Notes under the pieces: model-generated
What the model was told of the DNA's origin: nothing
The model's database searches: none
Seen by the model: the letters and a program-made list of their open reading frames with translations, nothing else
Translations under genes and position numbers: made by a program
DNA from: Sphaerochaetaceae bacterium
GTDB taxonomy: Bacteria > Spirochaetota > Spirochaetia > Sphaerochaetales > Sphaerochaetaceae
Length of the DNA stretch: 64,000 bases
Assembly: GCA_045616225.1 (NCBI GenBank)
Contig: JAZLGI010000003.1
Coordinates: forward strand, 749 to 64,748
Direction of reading: 5' to 3'
Part shown: positions 37,535 through 47,013 of the stretch, piece after piece
Layout of the letters: the number at the start of each line of letters is the position of its first letter
How positions within the stretch are numbered: position 1 is the stretch's first letter

Positions 37535-38560
37535 ATGGTTGTCATGAAGAACAAGGTTGGAAAAGTTTTTGGAATTGGAAATCCTCTTATTGATGTCTAT
37601 TCTCCTGTAAGTGATGAAGAATTGTCTTCTCTCGGTCTTTTTAAGGGTACTATGAACCTTATTTCAATTGAAAAAAGACTTGAGCTTACAGAATTTGTAA
37701 AGAGTAAAAAACCTGTTTTCAATTGTGGAGGATCTTGTCCAAATACAATTATTTCCTTGGCTTCTTTGGGGATAGATACAATCCTTGGCGGAAAAGTAGG
37801 TAAAGATGAATGGGGTTCTATCTATAAATCAAAACTTGACAGCTTTGGAGTTGGGAATAATCTTGCTGTTTCTGAAAATGTTACCGGTTCTTCCATTATT
37901 TTGGTTACTCCTGATTCAGAAAGAACAATGAATACATACCTTGGAGCCAATAGAGATTATAATTCAGATGATGTCATAGAAGACAGTGTTGCCGGTTCTG
38001 ATTTCTTTCATTTTACCGGATATATGTGGGACACGGAAAACCAAAAAGAGGCTATAAATAAAGCAATGGCAATTGCGAAGAGAAACAATGTAATGATTTC
38101 TTTTGATATTGCTGATCCTTTTGCAGTAGGAAGATATAGAGACTCTTTTGTGGAGCTTATTAAAAACAATTGTGATGTAGTTTTTGCAAATAAAGAAGAA
38201 GCCAGAAGTCTGGTTGATAAGTATGATCCTTATGAATGTTGTAAGACAATAGGAAAGATGTGCAGTATTGCAGTTGTAAAGAACGGAAAGAAAGGTTCTT
38301 ATGTTAGCCTTAATCAGAAAGTCTATGAAATTCCGGTAAAAGGTCCTGTAACTCCAGTAGATACAACAGGGGCAGGAGATAACTACGCTGCAGGTTTTTT
38401 ATATGGACTTTGTCATGGGTTAGATGTGGAGAGTTCTGCAACAATAGCTTCAATTTTAGCAGGTGAAATAATAAGTCAGGTTGGCGCTCAGTTTTCAAGT
38501 GAAAAGGCTCTGGAGCTTAAAAAAGCTTTTGAGTCAGAAGCTTGGAAGACCTGGCAGTAA
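37535..38560 (+). CDS. PfkB-family carbohydrate/nucleoside kinase (adenosine-kinase-like)
   Basis: The signature is DTTGAGDNYAAGFLYG, with the N-terminal GIGNPLIDV. The start is ATG 37535 or 37544; the track start at 37505 is a TTG. Confidence 0.85.
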   Translation: MVVMKNKVGKVFGIGNPLIDVYSPVSDEELSSLGLFKGTMNLISIEKRLELTEFVKSKKPVFNCGGSCPNTIISLASLGIDTILGGKVGKDEWGSIYKSKLDSFGVGNNLAVSENVTGSSIILVTPDSERTMNTYLGANRDYNSDDVIEDSVAGSDFFHFTGYMWDTENQKEAINKAMAIAKRNNVMISFDIADPFAVGRYRDSFVELIKNNCDVVFANKEEARSLVDKYDPYECCKTIGKMCSIAVVKNGKKGSYVSLNQKVYEIPVKGPVTPVDTTGAGDNYAAGFLYGLCHGLDVESSATIASILAGEIISQVGAQFSSEKALELKKAFESEAWKTWQ

Positions 38561-38645
38561 TGGTGTCTTGCTTTTTTCAAATCTAAGTTTCTTTTTCCTT
38601 TTAAATAATAGAATTAGCTTGTTTTTCCTGTTTTTATCAACACAC

Positions 38646-38895
38646 TATTGCACAAGTTATGCACAAGTTGTTGGCAATGGTTTTTTTAACATTAAAGTAC
38701 AAGTGTCTACGTCACAAAAACACTCTTAATTCAGAATTTGTTACCTGCGTTATTAACTCTTTATTTTAAAAGGAATTAAAAATTTTGTTAAGTTAATTTT
38801 TTGTATAAAAATTTATATAACTTTTACAGTAAAAAACATTAGATTTTTACAGATTTATTGATTGTTTGTACTGATTTATGCACAAGTTATACACA
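38646..38895. promoter_or_regulatory. two tandem pairs of DnaA-box-like 9-mers flanking an AT-rich ORF-free spacer (candidate oriC element or DnaA-box cluster)
   Basis: The 9-mers are TATTGCACA 38646-54, TTATGCACA 38657-65, TTATGCACA 38876-84 and TTATACACA 38887-95, all in the same orientation. Three fit TTATNCACA exactly. About 210 bp of very AT-rich DNA lies between the pairs. Confidence 0.4.
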
Positions 38896-39678
38896 AGAAT
38901 TCTGTTCAAGAATAGTTTGGGCTGCTCCTATTGCATAAATTGCTGCTGTTTCACATCTTAATATGTTTGTTTTCAGTAAAACAGGCTTCATTCCTGCCTG
39001 AAGAAGCATAGTACATTCCTCATTGGTAAGACCACCTTCTGAACCAATCAGAATGCCTGTAACACCATCAAAACCATTTAAAATGCTGTAGAGGCTTTCT
39101 TGTTTCTCTCCTGTGTTACTTTGATGAAGGAATATACCTATTTCCTTTTTGTTTAGAGACTGTGCTTTTTTAATTAAGTCTTCATAAACCTGACTTATAT
39201 CTATTACTCCTTCAACAGTTGTAGGAACCAAAGACCCGCTTTGTTGAATGGCTTCCTTGATAACAGAATCATATCTTGTTAATTTTGATTCTTCTTTTCC
39301 TGAAAAATCTGCAACACAGTTTTTACTTCTGACAAGTACTATTGTTTTTACTCCGGCTTCTGTTGCCATTCTTATGATATCGTCTGTTTTTCTTCCTTTA
39401 GGAATGCATTGATAGAGAATTATAGTTTTTTCAGGTCTGTCTTGAGGGAGTGTGTCTGTTTGCTCTTCTTCATGATCTGTTTTTTCAGATGACAGTGAAA
39501 CAGAAGTTTTTGTTATGGATAAAACTTCAAGATTCCAAAGTTGTCCAAGAGAATCTCTTCCCAGAATTTTCTGTCCGGACTTTAATCTTAGAACATTTAC
39601 AATATAGTTGTATTGTTTTCCGGTTAATTCAAGAAGAGACTCTCCATTGTAGCTAGGGGGAAGAAGGTAAATTCTCAT
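38887..39678 (-). CDS. rsmE: 16S rRNA (uracil1498-N3)-methyltransferase RsmE
   Basis: 263 aa with an N-terminal PUA-like domain and the C-terminal SPOUT block ILIGSEGGLTNEE...LKTNILRCETAAIYA. Confidence 0.85.
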   Translation of the reverse strand: MRIYLLPPSYNGESLLELTGKQYNYIVNVLRLKSGQKILGRDSLGQLWNLEVLSITKTSVSLSSEKTDHEEEQTDTLPQDRPEKTIILYQCIPKGRKTDDIIRMATEAGVKTIVLVRSKNCVADFSGKEESKLTRYDSVIKEAIQQSGSLVPTTVEGVIDISQVYEDLIKKAQSLNKKEIGIFLHQSNTGEKQESLYSILNGFDGVTGILIGSEGGLTNEECTMLLQAGMKPVLLKTNILRCETAAIYAIGAAQTILEQNSCV

Positions 39679-41414
39679 TAAAGTGGTTTTGTAGCTTTTT
39701 CCAGATAATTGAGACTCTCAGGATAGACAAGGTCTTTAAGAGTTTCATAACACCATTTATGGTAATCATTAACGGTAGCTATTTCTTCTTCTGAAAGCAT
39801 TGATTTATCAATAAGCCTTCTTTCATAAGGACAGCATGTAAGAACTTCAAAAGTGTAGAATTGACCAAATTCTGTTTTGAATGCCTCTGTTACTGCAACA
39901 AGGTTTTCAATTCTTATACCGTGTTTTCCTTCTTTGTATATTCCCGGTTCATCACTTAGAATCATTCCTTTTTCAAGTGCCGTTTCTGCAGAGGCTTTGT
40001 GAATAGATATTCTCTGAGGACCTTCATGAACAGATAATCTAAAACCAACTCCATGTCCTGTTCCATGGAAATATGTCATTCCTTCTTGCCAAAGGAATTG
40101 ATGGGCTAGAATGTCTAACTGATGACCGTTTGTTCCATATGGAAAGATTTGGTTTGCCAATGCAAGATGACCTTTAAGAACAAGTGTATAATCATGTATT
40201 TCTTCTTCTGTAGGTTCTCCAAAAAGAAGGGTTCTTGTAATGTCTGTTGTTCCGCAGGAGTATTGTGCTCCGCTGTCCAAGACCAACAAACCGTTTCCTT
40301 CTATTGGTACATCTGTTTCTTCTGTGGCACTGTAATGAACAATAGCTCCATGTTCTTTGTATCCGGCAATTGTTGAGAAAGAAAGTCCCAAACAATCTTC
40401 TTCACACATTCTTTCATCTTCAAGAGCCTGTGCAATTGATAATTCTGAGAAGTCATATTCATTTCTGTCTACAAGTGCAAGGAAATTGACCATGGCGATA
40501 CCGTCAAGAATATGGGCAATTCTCATTCCTTCCATTTCTTTTTCATTTTTACAGGCTTTAAAATCTGTTGAGTATTCACGACCTTCTGAAATCTTTGCAT
40601 TTTTAAGAGCATTGAAAAGCTGCATATTTACTCTTGCAGGATTAAGCCTTACAGTACAATTTTTTATTTCTGAAAGAACTTCTGTAACTTTTTCATAAGG
40701 AAGGACTTCATAATCTTCATTTGCAATGTCTATATTGGAAAAACGGCAAACAGGTGTAAAAAGCTTTGCACAGTTCTTTCCAATAAGCAAGTGGGCTAAG
40801 AAAACAGGAGTATCTGCAATATCGCTTCCTCTTAAATTGAGAATCCATGCAATATCATCAAGACTTGAGATTATGGTGAAATCTTCATTGTTTTGAGTCA
40901 TTTGTTCACGTATTCTGTTAATCTTTTGAATAGGAGATTCACCGCAATCTTCATCTGTCATTCTCAATACAGGATTTTGCGGCATTTGAGGACGGTCTGA
41001 CCATATCTTGTTTATAAGATCTTCTCCTGCAGCAAGGTTAATGTTGTGACTAAGGTAATCTCTCTGCTCTTTTACCATAAGAGTTTCTGATGCAATTCCT
41101 GCTTTCATTCCTTTTAGAAAGTCTTTTGGGTCTGTTGCATCAGGACCATCAAGTTTTCTCATTTCAAAGCAAGTATCTTTGATTTGATCTGCACATTGTA
41201 CAAAGTAACGTGAATCTACCCAAATTACTGCTTGAGACATTGTAACTACAACAAAACCTGCACTTCCTGTAAAGCCGCTTATAAAAGCTCTTGTTCTCCA
41301 GCGTTCACTTACATATTCACTTTCATGAGGGTCTGTTCCGTTAATTATCCATGCATCAAGTCCGTTTAACTTCAGTTGCTCTCTCAGAGCTTCTACTTTC
41401 TGATTAATTGTCAC
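39678..41414 (-). CDS. pepP: Xaa-Pro aminopeptidase (M24B, three-domain aminopeptidase P type)
   Basis: 578 aa. It has creatinase-like N-terminal domains and the M24 metal-ligand blocks LVLDSGAQY, DITRT, HGTGHGVG, SDEPGIY and GIRIENL. Confidence 0.85.
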   Translation of the reverse strand: MTINQKVEALREQLKLNGLDAWIINGTDPHESEYVSERWRTRAFISGFTGSAGFVVVTMSQAVIWVDSRYFVQCADQIKDTCFEMRKLDGPDATDPKDFLKGMKAGIASETLMVKEQRDYLSHNINLAAGEDLINKIWSDRPQMPQNPVLRMTDEDCGESPIQKINRIREQMTQNNEDFTIISSLDDIAWILNLRGSDIADTPVFLAHLLIGKNCAKLFTPVCRFSNIDIANEDYEVLPYEKVTEVLSEIKNCTVRLNPARVNMQLFNALKNAKISEGREYSTDFKACKNEKEMEGMRIAHILDGIAMVNFLALVDRNEYDFSELSIAQALEDERMCEEDCLGLSFSTIAGYKEHGAIVHYSATEETDVPIEGNGLLVLDSGAQYSCGTTDITRTLLFGEPTEEEIHDYTLVLKGHLALANQIFPYGTNGHQLDILAHQFLWQEGMTYFHGTGHGVGFRLSVHEGPQRISIHKASAETALEKGMILSDEPGIYKEGKHGIRIENLVAVTEAFKTEFGQFYTFEVLTCCPYERRLIDKSMLSEEEIATVNDYHKWCYETLKDLVYPESLNYLEKATKPL

Positions 41415-42391
41415 TTTGTTCTCCTTTTGTTAAAACTGGTCATAGGTCTTTTTACGGAACGCAGTATGGCTATTATTCCAATTACAATCATTCCAAAACA
41501 AAGAATTTGTCCCATTGAGATATTTAAAAGACTTTTAAATAGGGCTGTTGGTTCTGTTTCTTTTCCCAAAGCAATAATAAAACCCAGTTGACTGTCCGGT
41601 TCTCTGAAATATTCAATAATGAATCTGAATAATCCATATCCTACAAAATAAAAACCTGTAATGAATCCAGGACCGTATTTCTTTTTGTTTCTCCAAGGTC
41701 TTATCACAAAGTAAATGATGAAAAACAAGATAATACCTTCAAAAAGGGCTTCATAAAGCTGCGAAGGGTGTCTCGGAAGATTTACCGTTTCTCCAATTTG
41801 ATAACTTAATCCGGCTTTGTCTGCTGCTTGGCGAACCCATTCTAATGTTGTAGAAAATTCAGGGGCATTTGGAAAAATCATACCAAAAGAAGTTCCCGTA
41901 CATCTTCCCCAAAGCTCTCCGTTTATGAAATTTCCCAATCTGCCGAATGTGTATCCAAGCGGGACTGCAATGAGAACAAGGTCTGCAATATCGCCAAATT
42001 TAAATCCTGTTTTCTTTGAATAAATCAACGCTGCAATTGCCGCACCAATTACTCCTCCATGGTAACTCATTCCAGGAAGACCTATGAATTTACCGTTTCT
42101 GAATGGCCAGAAAATCATCCAAGGATGCAACCAATAGTAAGCATTCCCTTCATACAAAAGACAGGAAACAAGTCTGGCACCCAGAATTAAACCAACAATG
42201 AGATAAGTTATCAAAGTAAGAAGATTGTCAGAATTCATGTGGTCTAAGGCACCTTCCTTAGTACATTGTTGAAGCATAATGAAGTATGCAATTGTGAAAG
42301 CCACAATGTACATGAGTGCATACCATCTTACCGGTAGAAAAGAGAAAACATAAGGACTAATCCAAGAAGGGAAATTCACAAATGTAAACAT
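41411..42391 (-). CDS. lgt: prolipoprotein diacylglyceryl transferase
   Basis: 326 aa and polytopic, with Lgt signatures YHGGVIG and GRLGNFINGELWG. Confidence 0.92.
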   Translation of the reverse strand: MFTFVNFPSWISPYVFSFLPVRWYALMYIVAFTIAYFIMLQQCTKEGALDHMNSDNLLTLITYLIVGLILGARLVSCLLYEGNAYYWLHPWMIFWPFRNGKFIGLPGMSYHGGVIGAAIAALIYSKKTGFKFGDIADLVLIAVPLGYTFGRLGNFINGELWGRCTGTSFGMIFPNAPEFSTTLEWVRQAADKAGLSYQIGETVNLPRHPSQLYEALFEGIILFFIIYFVIRPWRNKKKYGPGFITGFYFVGYGLFRFIIEYFREPDSQLGFIIALGKETEPTALFKSLLNISMGQILCFGMIVIGIIAILRSVKRPMTSFNKRRTK

Positions 42392-42473
42392 ATTTGAATT
42401 TTAATGATAGTAGTTAGCTATTTCAATTGATTTGAGAGTTGGAGACATCATTTAAAATGTGTATATTGTAACT

Positions 42474-43940
42474 ATGAAAAAAATAATTCTGTTTTTTGCA
42501 TTAATGATGTTTATTTTTCCTGTCTTTTCGGGAGCTACTCCGGAAGAAACTAAGGATATAATTCAAAATCTTCCTTCTTATGTTGAGCAAAAACATGGGG
42601 TGGTTTCTTCTTCTTTTGCTTCTTCGGGTTCATCATCTTCTTCTACTGGAAATTCAATAATTGAAAGAGATATGGCTCAGCTTGAGAGACTTTATAAATA
42701 TGTAGAAAAAAACTATTTGTACGATATAGATTACAATTCAGTTTATCATGCAATGGCCAATGCTCTCTTGGAGTCTCTTAATGACAAGTATTCTTATTAC
42801 GTTGCTCCGGAAGATTCCAAAGATTATGAAGAACAGGCTATGGGAAAGTATGGTGGTATAGGCATTTATTTTCTGACAAATATGTATGAGGAGAAAACAG
42901 ATGAGGGTCAGATAATAAACGGCTTTCAGGTTTCTCAGGTTTTCCCAAATACTCCTGCAGCCAAAATGGGAATGATGGCAAAAGATGTTATCATTGCAGT
43001 AGATGGAGAACCTGCTTCAGAAATGACTTCAAATGAATGTGCATCAAAAATGAAAGGTGATGTAGGTTCAAATGTAACGCTTACAATTTTCAGAAACGGG
43101 TCTTCATTTGATATTACTCTTACAAGAGAGATAATCTATACTCCTACTGTAGAATATGAAATGATAGACGAGGAGAATGCATATCTCAGTATTCTTGAAT
43201 TTTCAGCCGATACTGCTTCAAAGATAGAACAGGCATTGAAAGATCTTTCCTCACAGGGTATGAAAGGTTTAATAATTGATCTTAGAAACAATCCTGGAGG
43301 AGATGTAGATATTACTCTTGATATTGCAGATATGTTTATCAGAGATAATGTTCTTTTGAAGGTTTATCACAAGGATTCTTCTAAAAATGTCGTTTATCAG
43401 GCAAGTTCTTCAACAATTGTAGATCCTAATGTGAAAGTTGTGATTTTAATAAATGAAGGGTCTGCAAGTTCTTCTGAAATTTTTTGTTCAACAATGAGAG
43501 ATAACGGCAGAGCTGTTCTTGTAGGAGCTACCTCTTATGGAAAAGGAGTAATGCAACTTGTAACTTCATTTGGAGAATCTTATATCTCTGTTACCAGTGC
43601 AGAATTTGTTCCGCCTTCAGATAATCCTATTCACGAACAGGGTGTAAAGCCTGATTATCCTGTTGAATCTATAATTCTCAATGAGGATGAGATTGAATCT
43701 TATAGAGAATTTATTAAGTCCGGTGTTGCAGAAGAACATATTAAACAGTTTCCTGATTGTACTCCGGGAAATATAAGATGGTTTGTAAACAGAAACAGAA
43801 ATACAGGTCTAAGAGATGAGGTTCTGCAAATAGTACTTAGAAATACTTACTATGCACAGGGAAAAGATAATATTAAAACAGATATAGAATTTGATCCGCA
43901 ACTTAACAAGGCTTATCAACTTCTGATTGAGAAAAAATGA
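42474..43940 (+). CDS. ctpA: S41-family C-terminal processing peptidase
   Basis: I prefer the ATG at 42474 (MKKIILFF signal peptide); the track start at 42459 is a GTG. It has a PDZ region, the DLRNNPGG block, the catalytic-Ser context NEGSASSSEIF, and SYGKG. Confidence 0.85.
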   Translation: MKKIILFFALMMFIFPVFSGATPEETKDIIQNLPSYVEQKHGVVSSSFASSGSSSSSTGNSIIERDMAQLERLYKYVEKNYLYDIDYNSVYHAMANALLESLNDKYSYYVAPEDSKDYEEQAMGKYGGIGIYFLTNMYEEKTDEGQIINGFQVSQVFPNTPAAKMGMMAKDVIIAVDGEPASEMTSNECASKMKGDVGSNVTLTIFRNGSSFDITLTREIIYTPTVEYEMIDEENAYLSILEFSADTASKIEQALKDLSSQGMKGLIIDLRNNPGGDVDITLDIADMFIRDNVLLKVYHKDSSKNVVYQASSSTIVDPNVKVVILINEGSASSSEIFCSTMRDNGRAVLVGATSYGKGVMQLVTSFGESYISVTSAEFVPPSDNPIHEQGVKPDYPVESIILNEDEIESYREFIKSGVAEEHIKQFPDCTPGNIRWFVNRNRNTGLRDEVLQIVLRNTYYAQGKDNIKTDIEFDPQLNKAYQLLIEKK

Positions 43941-44809
43941 AAGAAAGAAACGCTGTACTTATAATGCTTTTTGCCTCTTTTCTTTGGGGATTGACTTTTG
44001 CTTTTCAAAGCCAGGCTTCTGAGACAATAGGCCCTTTTATGTTTAATGGAATCAGAATGTTTCTTGGTGTTCTTGTTTTGTCTCCGCTTTTTATTAAGAT
44101 AACAAGACGGCACAAAGGAAATGAGTCTTATTTCAGACATCTTTTTGTTGGAGCAGGTTTGAGTGGAATTGCAACTGCTGCGGCTTGTGTAGTTCAACAA
44201 TACGGGATTGGTTTTTCTTCGGCAGGAAAGTCCGGTTTCTTAACTTCTCTTTATACCTTGTTTGTTCCTATTATTTCTGTCTTTTTAAAGAAGAAGATAG
44301 AGCTTAAAACTTGGATTTGTGTCGCAATAGGGGTTTTGGGAGTATTTCTTTTGTCTTATACGCCAGGAGAAGGTTTTGGTCCAGGAGATCTTTGGTTGGT
44401 ATTCTGCGGATTTCTTTTTGCAGTACAAATGATGATAATTGACCACTATGTTCCTTATGTAGAAGGAATAGAATTTTCCTGTTTCCAATTCTTTGTCAGT
44501 GGAATGATTTGTCTGTCATTGGGTTTAATTGTGGAGCCTTTTGAGTTTTCAATGGTGAAGTCAAGTTTGAGTCCTCTTCTTTATTCCGGAATTATGAGTT
44601 GCGGAGTTGCTTATACTCTTCAGATTATTGGTCAGAAATGGGTAAGTCCCACAAAAGCAACCTTGGCTCTAAGTCCTGAAAGTGCTTGGGCAGCAATTGG
44701 AGGTGTAGTTATTCTCAATGAGACAATGACAACAAAAGAAATGATAGGTTGTGTGTTAATCTTTTCTGCAGTTCTTTTATCTCAGTTAAAGTTTTCCGGT
44801 AAAAAATAA
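43937..44809 (+). CDS. EamA/DMT-family transporter
   Basis: 290 aa with about 10 hydrophobic segments arranged as two EamA-like halves. Its start overlaps the upstream gene as ATGA. Confidence 0.8.
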   Translation: MKERNAVLIMLFASFLWGLTFAFQSQASETIGPFMFNGIRMFLGVLVLSPLFIKITRRHKGNESYFRHLFVGAGLSGIATAAACVVQQYGIGFSSAGKSGFLTSLYTLFVPIISVFLKKKIELKTWICVAIGVLGVFLLSYTPGEGFGPGDLWLVFCGFLFAVQMMIIDHYVPYVEGIEFSCFQFFVSGMICLSLGLIVEPFEFSMVKSSLSPLLYSGIMSCGVAYTLQIIGQKWVSPTKATLALSPESAWAAIGGVVILNETMTTKEMIGCVLIFSAVLLSQLKFSGKK

Positions 44810-45265
44810 ATGGATAAGAATTTAAAAGACTGCATATTTCAGGCAGAACGTTTTCTTACACTCAGAGAACACAACGAAAAAGAGTTAAAAGATAAGCTAA
44901 AACACAAAGGTTTCAACGAAGATGTCATTCTTAAAACCATTGAATTCTTAAAAGAAGAAGATGAGTTATCAGAAGAAAGATACATAAGAGCTTTTATACG
45001 ATCAAATAACAGCAGACATCCTGAAAGTTTAAACATTATTCTTCAACGTCTTGCTCAAAAGGGTGCAGACAGAACTCTTTCAAAGAAAATAGCAAAAGAA
45101 ATATACACAGAAGAATATGAAGAAAACCTGGCTTCCTCTTGTTTTATCAAAAGCCTTAAGAAAACAGCAGATGAGCAGAAAATCAAACAGAAAATGGTAA
45201 AAGCCGGCTTTTCTTTATCCAAAGCAAACAACTTACTTAAAGCCGAAAAAAAACAGGTTTTCTGA
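44810..45265 (+). CDS. recX: RecX-like regulatory protein
   Basis: 151 aa, all-helical and basic. The pattern A...L..RE..EKEL.DKLK.KGF.E.VI..TIEFLKEE..L.E.RY fits RecX repeats. The assignment is moderate. Confidence 0.6.
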   Translation: MDKNLKDCIFQAERFLTLREHNEKELKDKLKHKGFNEDVILKTIEFLKEEDELSEERYIRAFIRSNNSRHPESLNIILQRLAQKGADRTLSKKIAKEIYTEEYEENLASSCFIKSLKKTADEQKIKQKMVKAGFSLSKANNLLKAEKKQVF

Positions 45266-45285
45266 TTAACAAAAAACCTGTTTTT
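45249..45285. terminator. bidirectional terminator between recX and gpmI
   Basis: AAAAACAGGTTTT-(11 nt)-AAAACCTGTTTTT has an A-run and T-run flanking the stem. It overlaps the recX stop codon. Confidence 0.65.
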
Positions 45286-45297
45286 AACAACAAAATA

Positions 45298-46965
45298 TTA
45301 GTTCCAGTTAATTATACAAGGGTCGTAATCACTTGGGGCTTTGAATCCCAAAAGCTCAATACAAGTGGTTGCAATACTGCTTATTCCAAGACCTGTATTA
45401 AGTTCTTTACTGTATTCGTTATTGTAACAAGGGTCAAAGAGAATACATGGAACAGGATTAAGGGAATGGCTTGTTTTTGCTTTAGGTTCTCCGTTGGCGT
45501 TTGTAGAGACACTGCCATCTTTCTTATGCTCAAACATATCATCTGCATTGCCGTGATCTGCAGTAATCAGAAGAATACCTCCGGCTTTCTCAACAGCATC
45601 TTTAATTCTTCCAATCTGAAGATCAAGACCTTCCATTGAGCATACTACTGCTTCAAATACTCCGGTATGTCCTACCATATCACCGTTTGGGAAATTCATT
45701 TTAATGAAATCCCACTTTTTACTTTCTATTTCACTTATTACTCTGTCTGCAATTTCTGCACATTTCATCCAAGGACGTTCTTCAAAAGGAACAATGTCAG
45801 AAGGAATTTCTACATATTCTTCAAGCTTTTCATCAAATTTTCCGCTCTTGTTTCCATTGAAGAAATAAGTTACATGGCCAAATTTCTGAGTTTCTGAAAT
45901 TGAGAATTGTTTTACAGAACTTGCACAAAGATATTCTGCCATTGTTTTATCAATTGCAGGAGGGTTTACTAAAAATTGACTTGGTATATGAAGATCTCCG
46001 TCGTATTCCATCATTCCTGCATATTCAATTGCAGGAACTCTCTTTCTGTCAAATTCTTTGAGGTCTTTGGCTTCAAATGCTTTTGAAATTTCCAAAGCTC
46101 TGTCTCCTCTGAAGTTAAACAGAACAAAACTATCTCCGTCTTCTACAGTTCCTACAGGTTTACCGTTTTCTGCAATTACAAACGGAGGAAGATCCTGATC
46201 TATAGCACCTGTTTCTGTTCTTAATACAGAAATTGCATCATGGGCATTGGCAAACTGTCTGACTTCTCCCAAAACATGTGTTTCCCATCCTTTCTTTACC
46301 ATGTCCCAATTGGCATTATAACGATCCATTGTAATGACCATTCTTCCGCCACCTGATGCAATTTTTGCATCAAAAGAACCATCAGAAGAAAGTTCTGCAA
46401 GAAAATCTGCGAAAGGATCAAAATAATCTAAGGCGCTGGTAGGGTCAACGTCACGGCCGTCCAATAGGGCGTGAACTCTAACTTTCTTGACCCCTTCTTT
46501 CTTAGCCTGAATAATCATGTCCTTAAGATTTTTGATGTGAGAGTGTACATTTCCATCTGAAAGAAGTCCAAGAAAATGAAGGGTAGAGTTATTGTTCTTA
46601 ACATTGGCGACAAGTTTTTTCCAGGTATTACCTTCAAACATTGCCCCTGTTTCAATAGAAGATGCAACAAGTTTTGCACCCTGTGCAAACACTCTTCCGC
46701 AACCCATTGCATTATGACCAACTTCGCTGTTTCCCATATCTGCATCTGAAGGAAGACCAACTGCAGTGCCATGGGCCTTAAGTTTTGTCCAACTACATGT
46801 ATCAAAGAGCTTATCAAGGTTCTTTGTCATGGCCTGTTTTACAGCATCACCATCTTCATATTTTCCAAATCCCACACCATCCATAATAAGAAGGACAACA
46901 GGTCCTTTACGTGAGATTTTTCCGTTCTTTTTTAAAGCATCTACCATAAGAAATTCCTTTGTCAT
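45298..46965 (-). CDS. gpmI: 2,3-bisphosphoglycerate-independent phosphoglycerate mutase
   Basis: 555 aa with LLIMDGVG, MGNSEVGH, and the ITADHGNA metal and phospho-Ser contexts. Confidence 0.9.
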   Translation of the reverse strand: MTKEFLMVDALKKNGKISRKGPVVLLIMDGVGFGKYEDGDAVKQAMTKNLDKLFDTCSWTKLKAHGTAVGLPSDADMGNSEVGHNAMGCGRVFAQGAKLVASSIETGAMFEGNTWKKLVANVKNNNSTLHFLGLLSDGNVHSHIKNLKDMIIQAKKEGVKKVRVHALLDGRDVDPTSALDYFDPFADFLAELSSDGSFDAKIASGGGRMVITMDRYNANWDMVKKGWETHVLGEVRQFANAHDAISVLRTETGAIDQDLPPFVIAENGKPVGTVEDGDSFVLFNFRGDRALEISKAFEAKDLKEFDRKRVPAIEYAGMMEYDGDLHIPSQFLVNPPAIDKTMAEYLCASSVKQFSISETQKFGHVTYFFNGNKSGKFDEKLEEYVEIPSDIVPFEERPWMKCAEIADRVISEIESKKWDFIKMNFPNGDMVGHTGVFEAVVCSMEGLDLQIGRIKDAVEKAGGILLITADHGNADDMFEHKKDGSVSTNANGEPKAKTSHSLNPVPCILFDPCYNNEYSKELNTGLGISSIATTCIELLGFKAPSDYDPCIINWN

Positions 46966-47013
46966 CAGACATTATGATAATAACTGTAACTCGTTTTTTG
47001 TTAAAGGAGTCAG

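Noticed and set aside
36010-38560. The AAA+ ATPase plus PfkB kinase as a candidate two-gene defence or toxin system.
   Set aside because: The two genes are divergently transcribed and not an operon. The kinase has an ordinary adenosine/sugar-kinase signature, and no nuclease, sensor or effector domains are visible. The evidence is insufficient for any system call.
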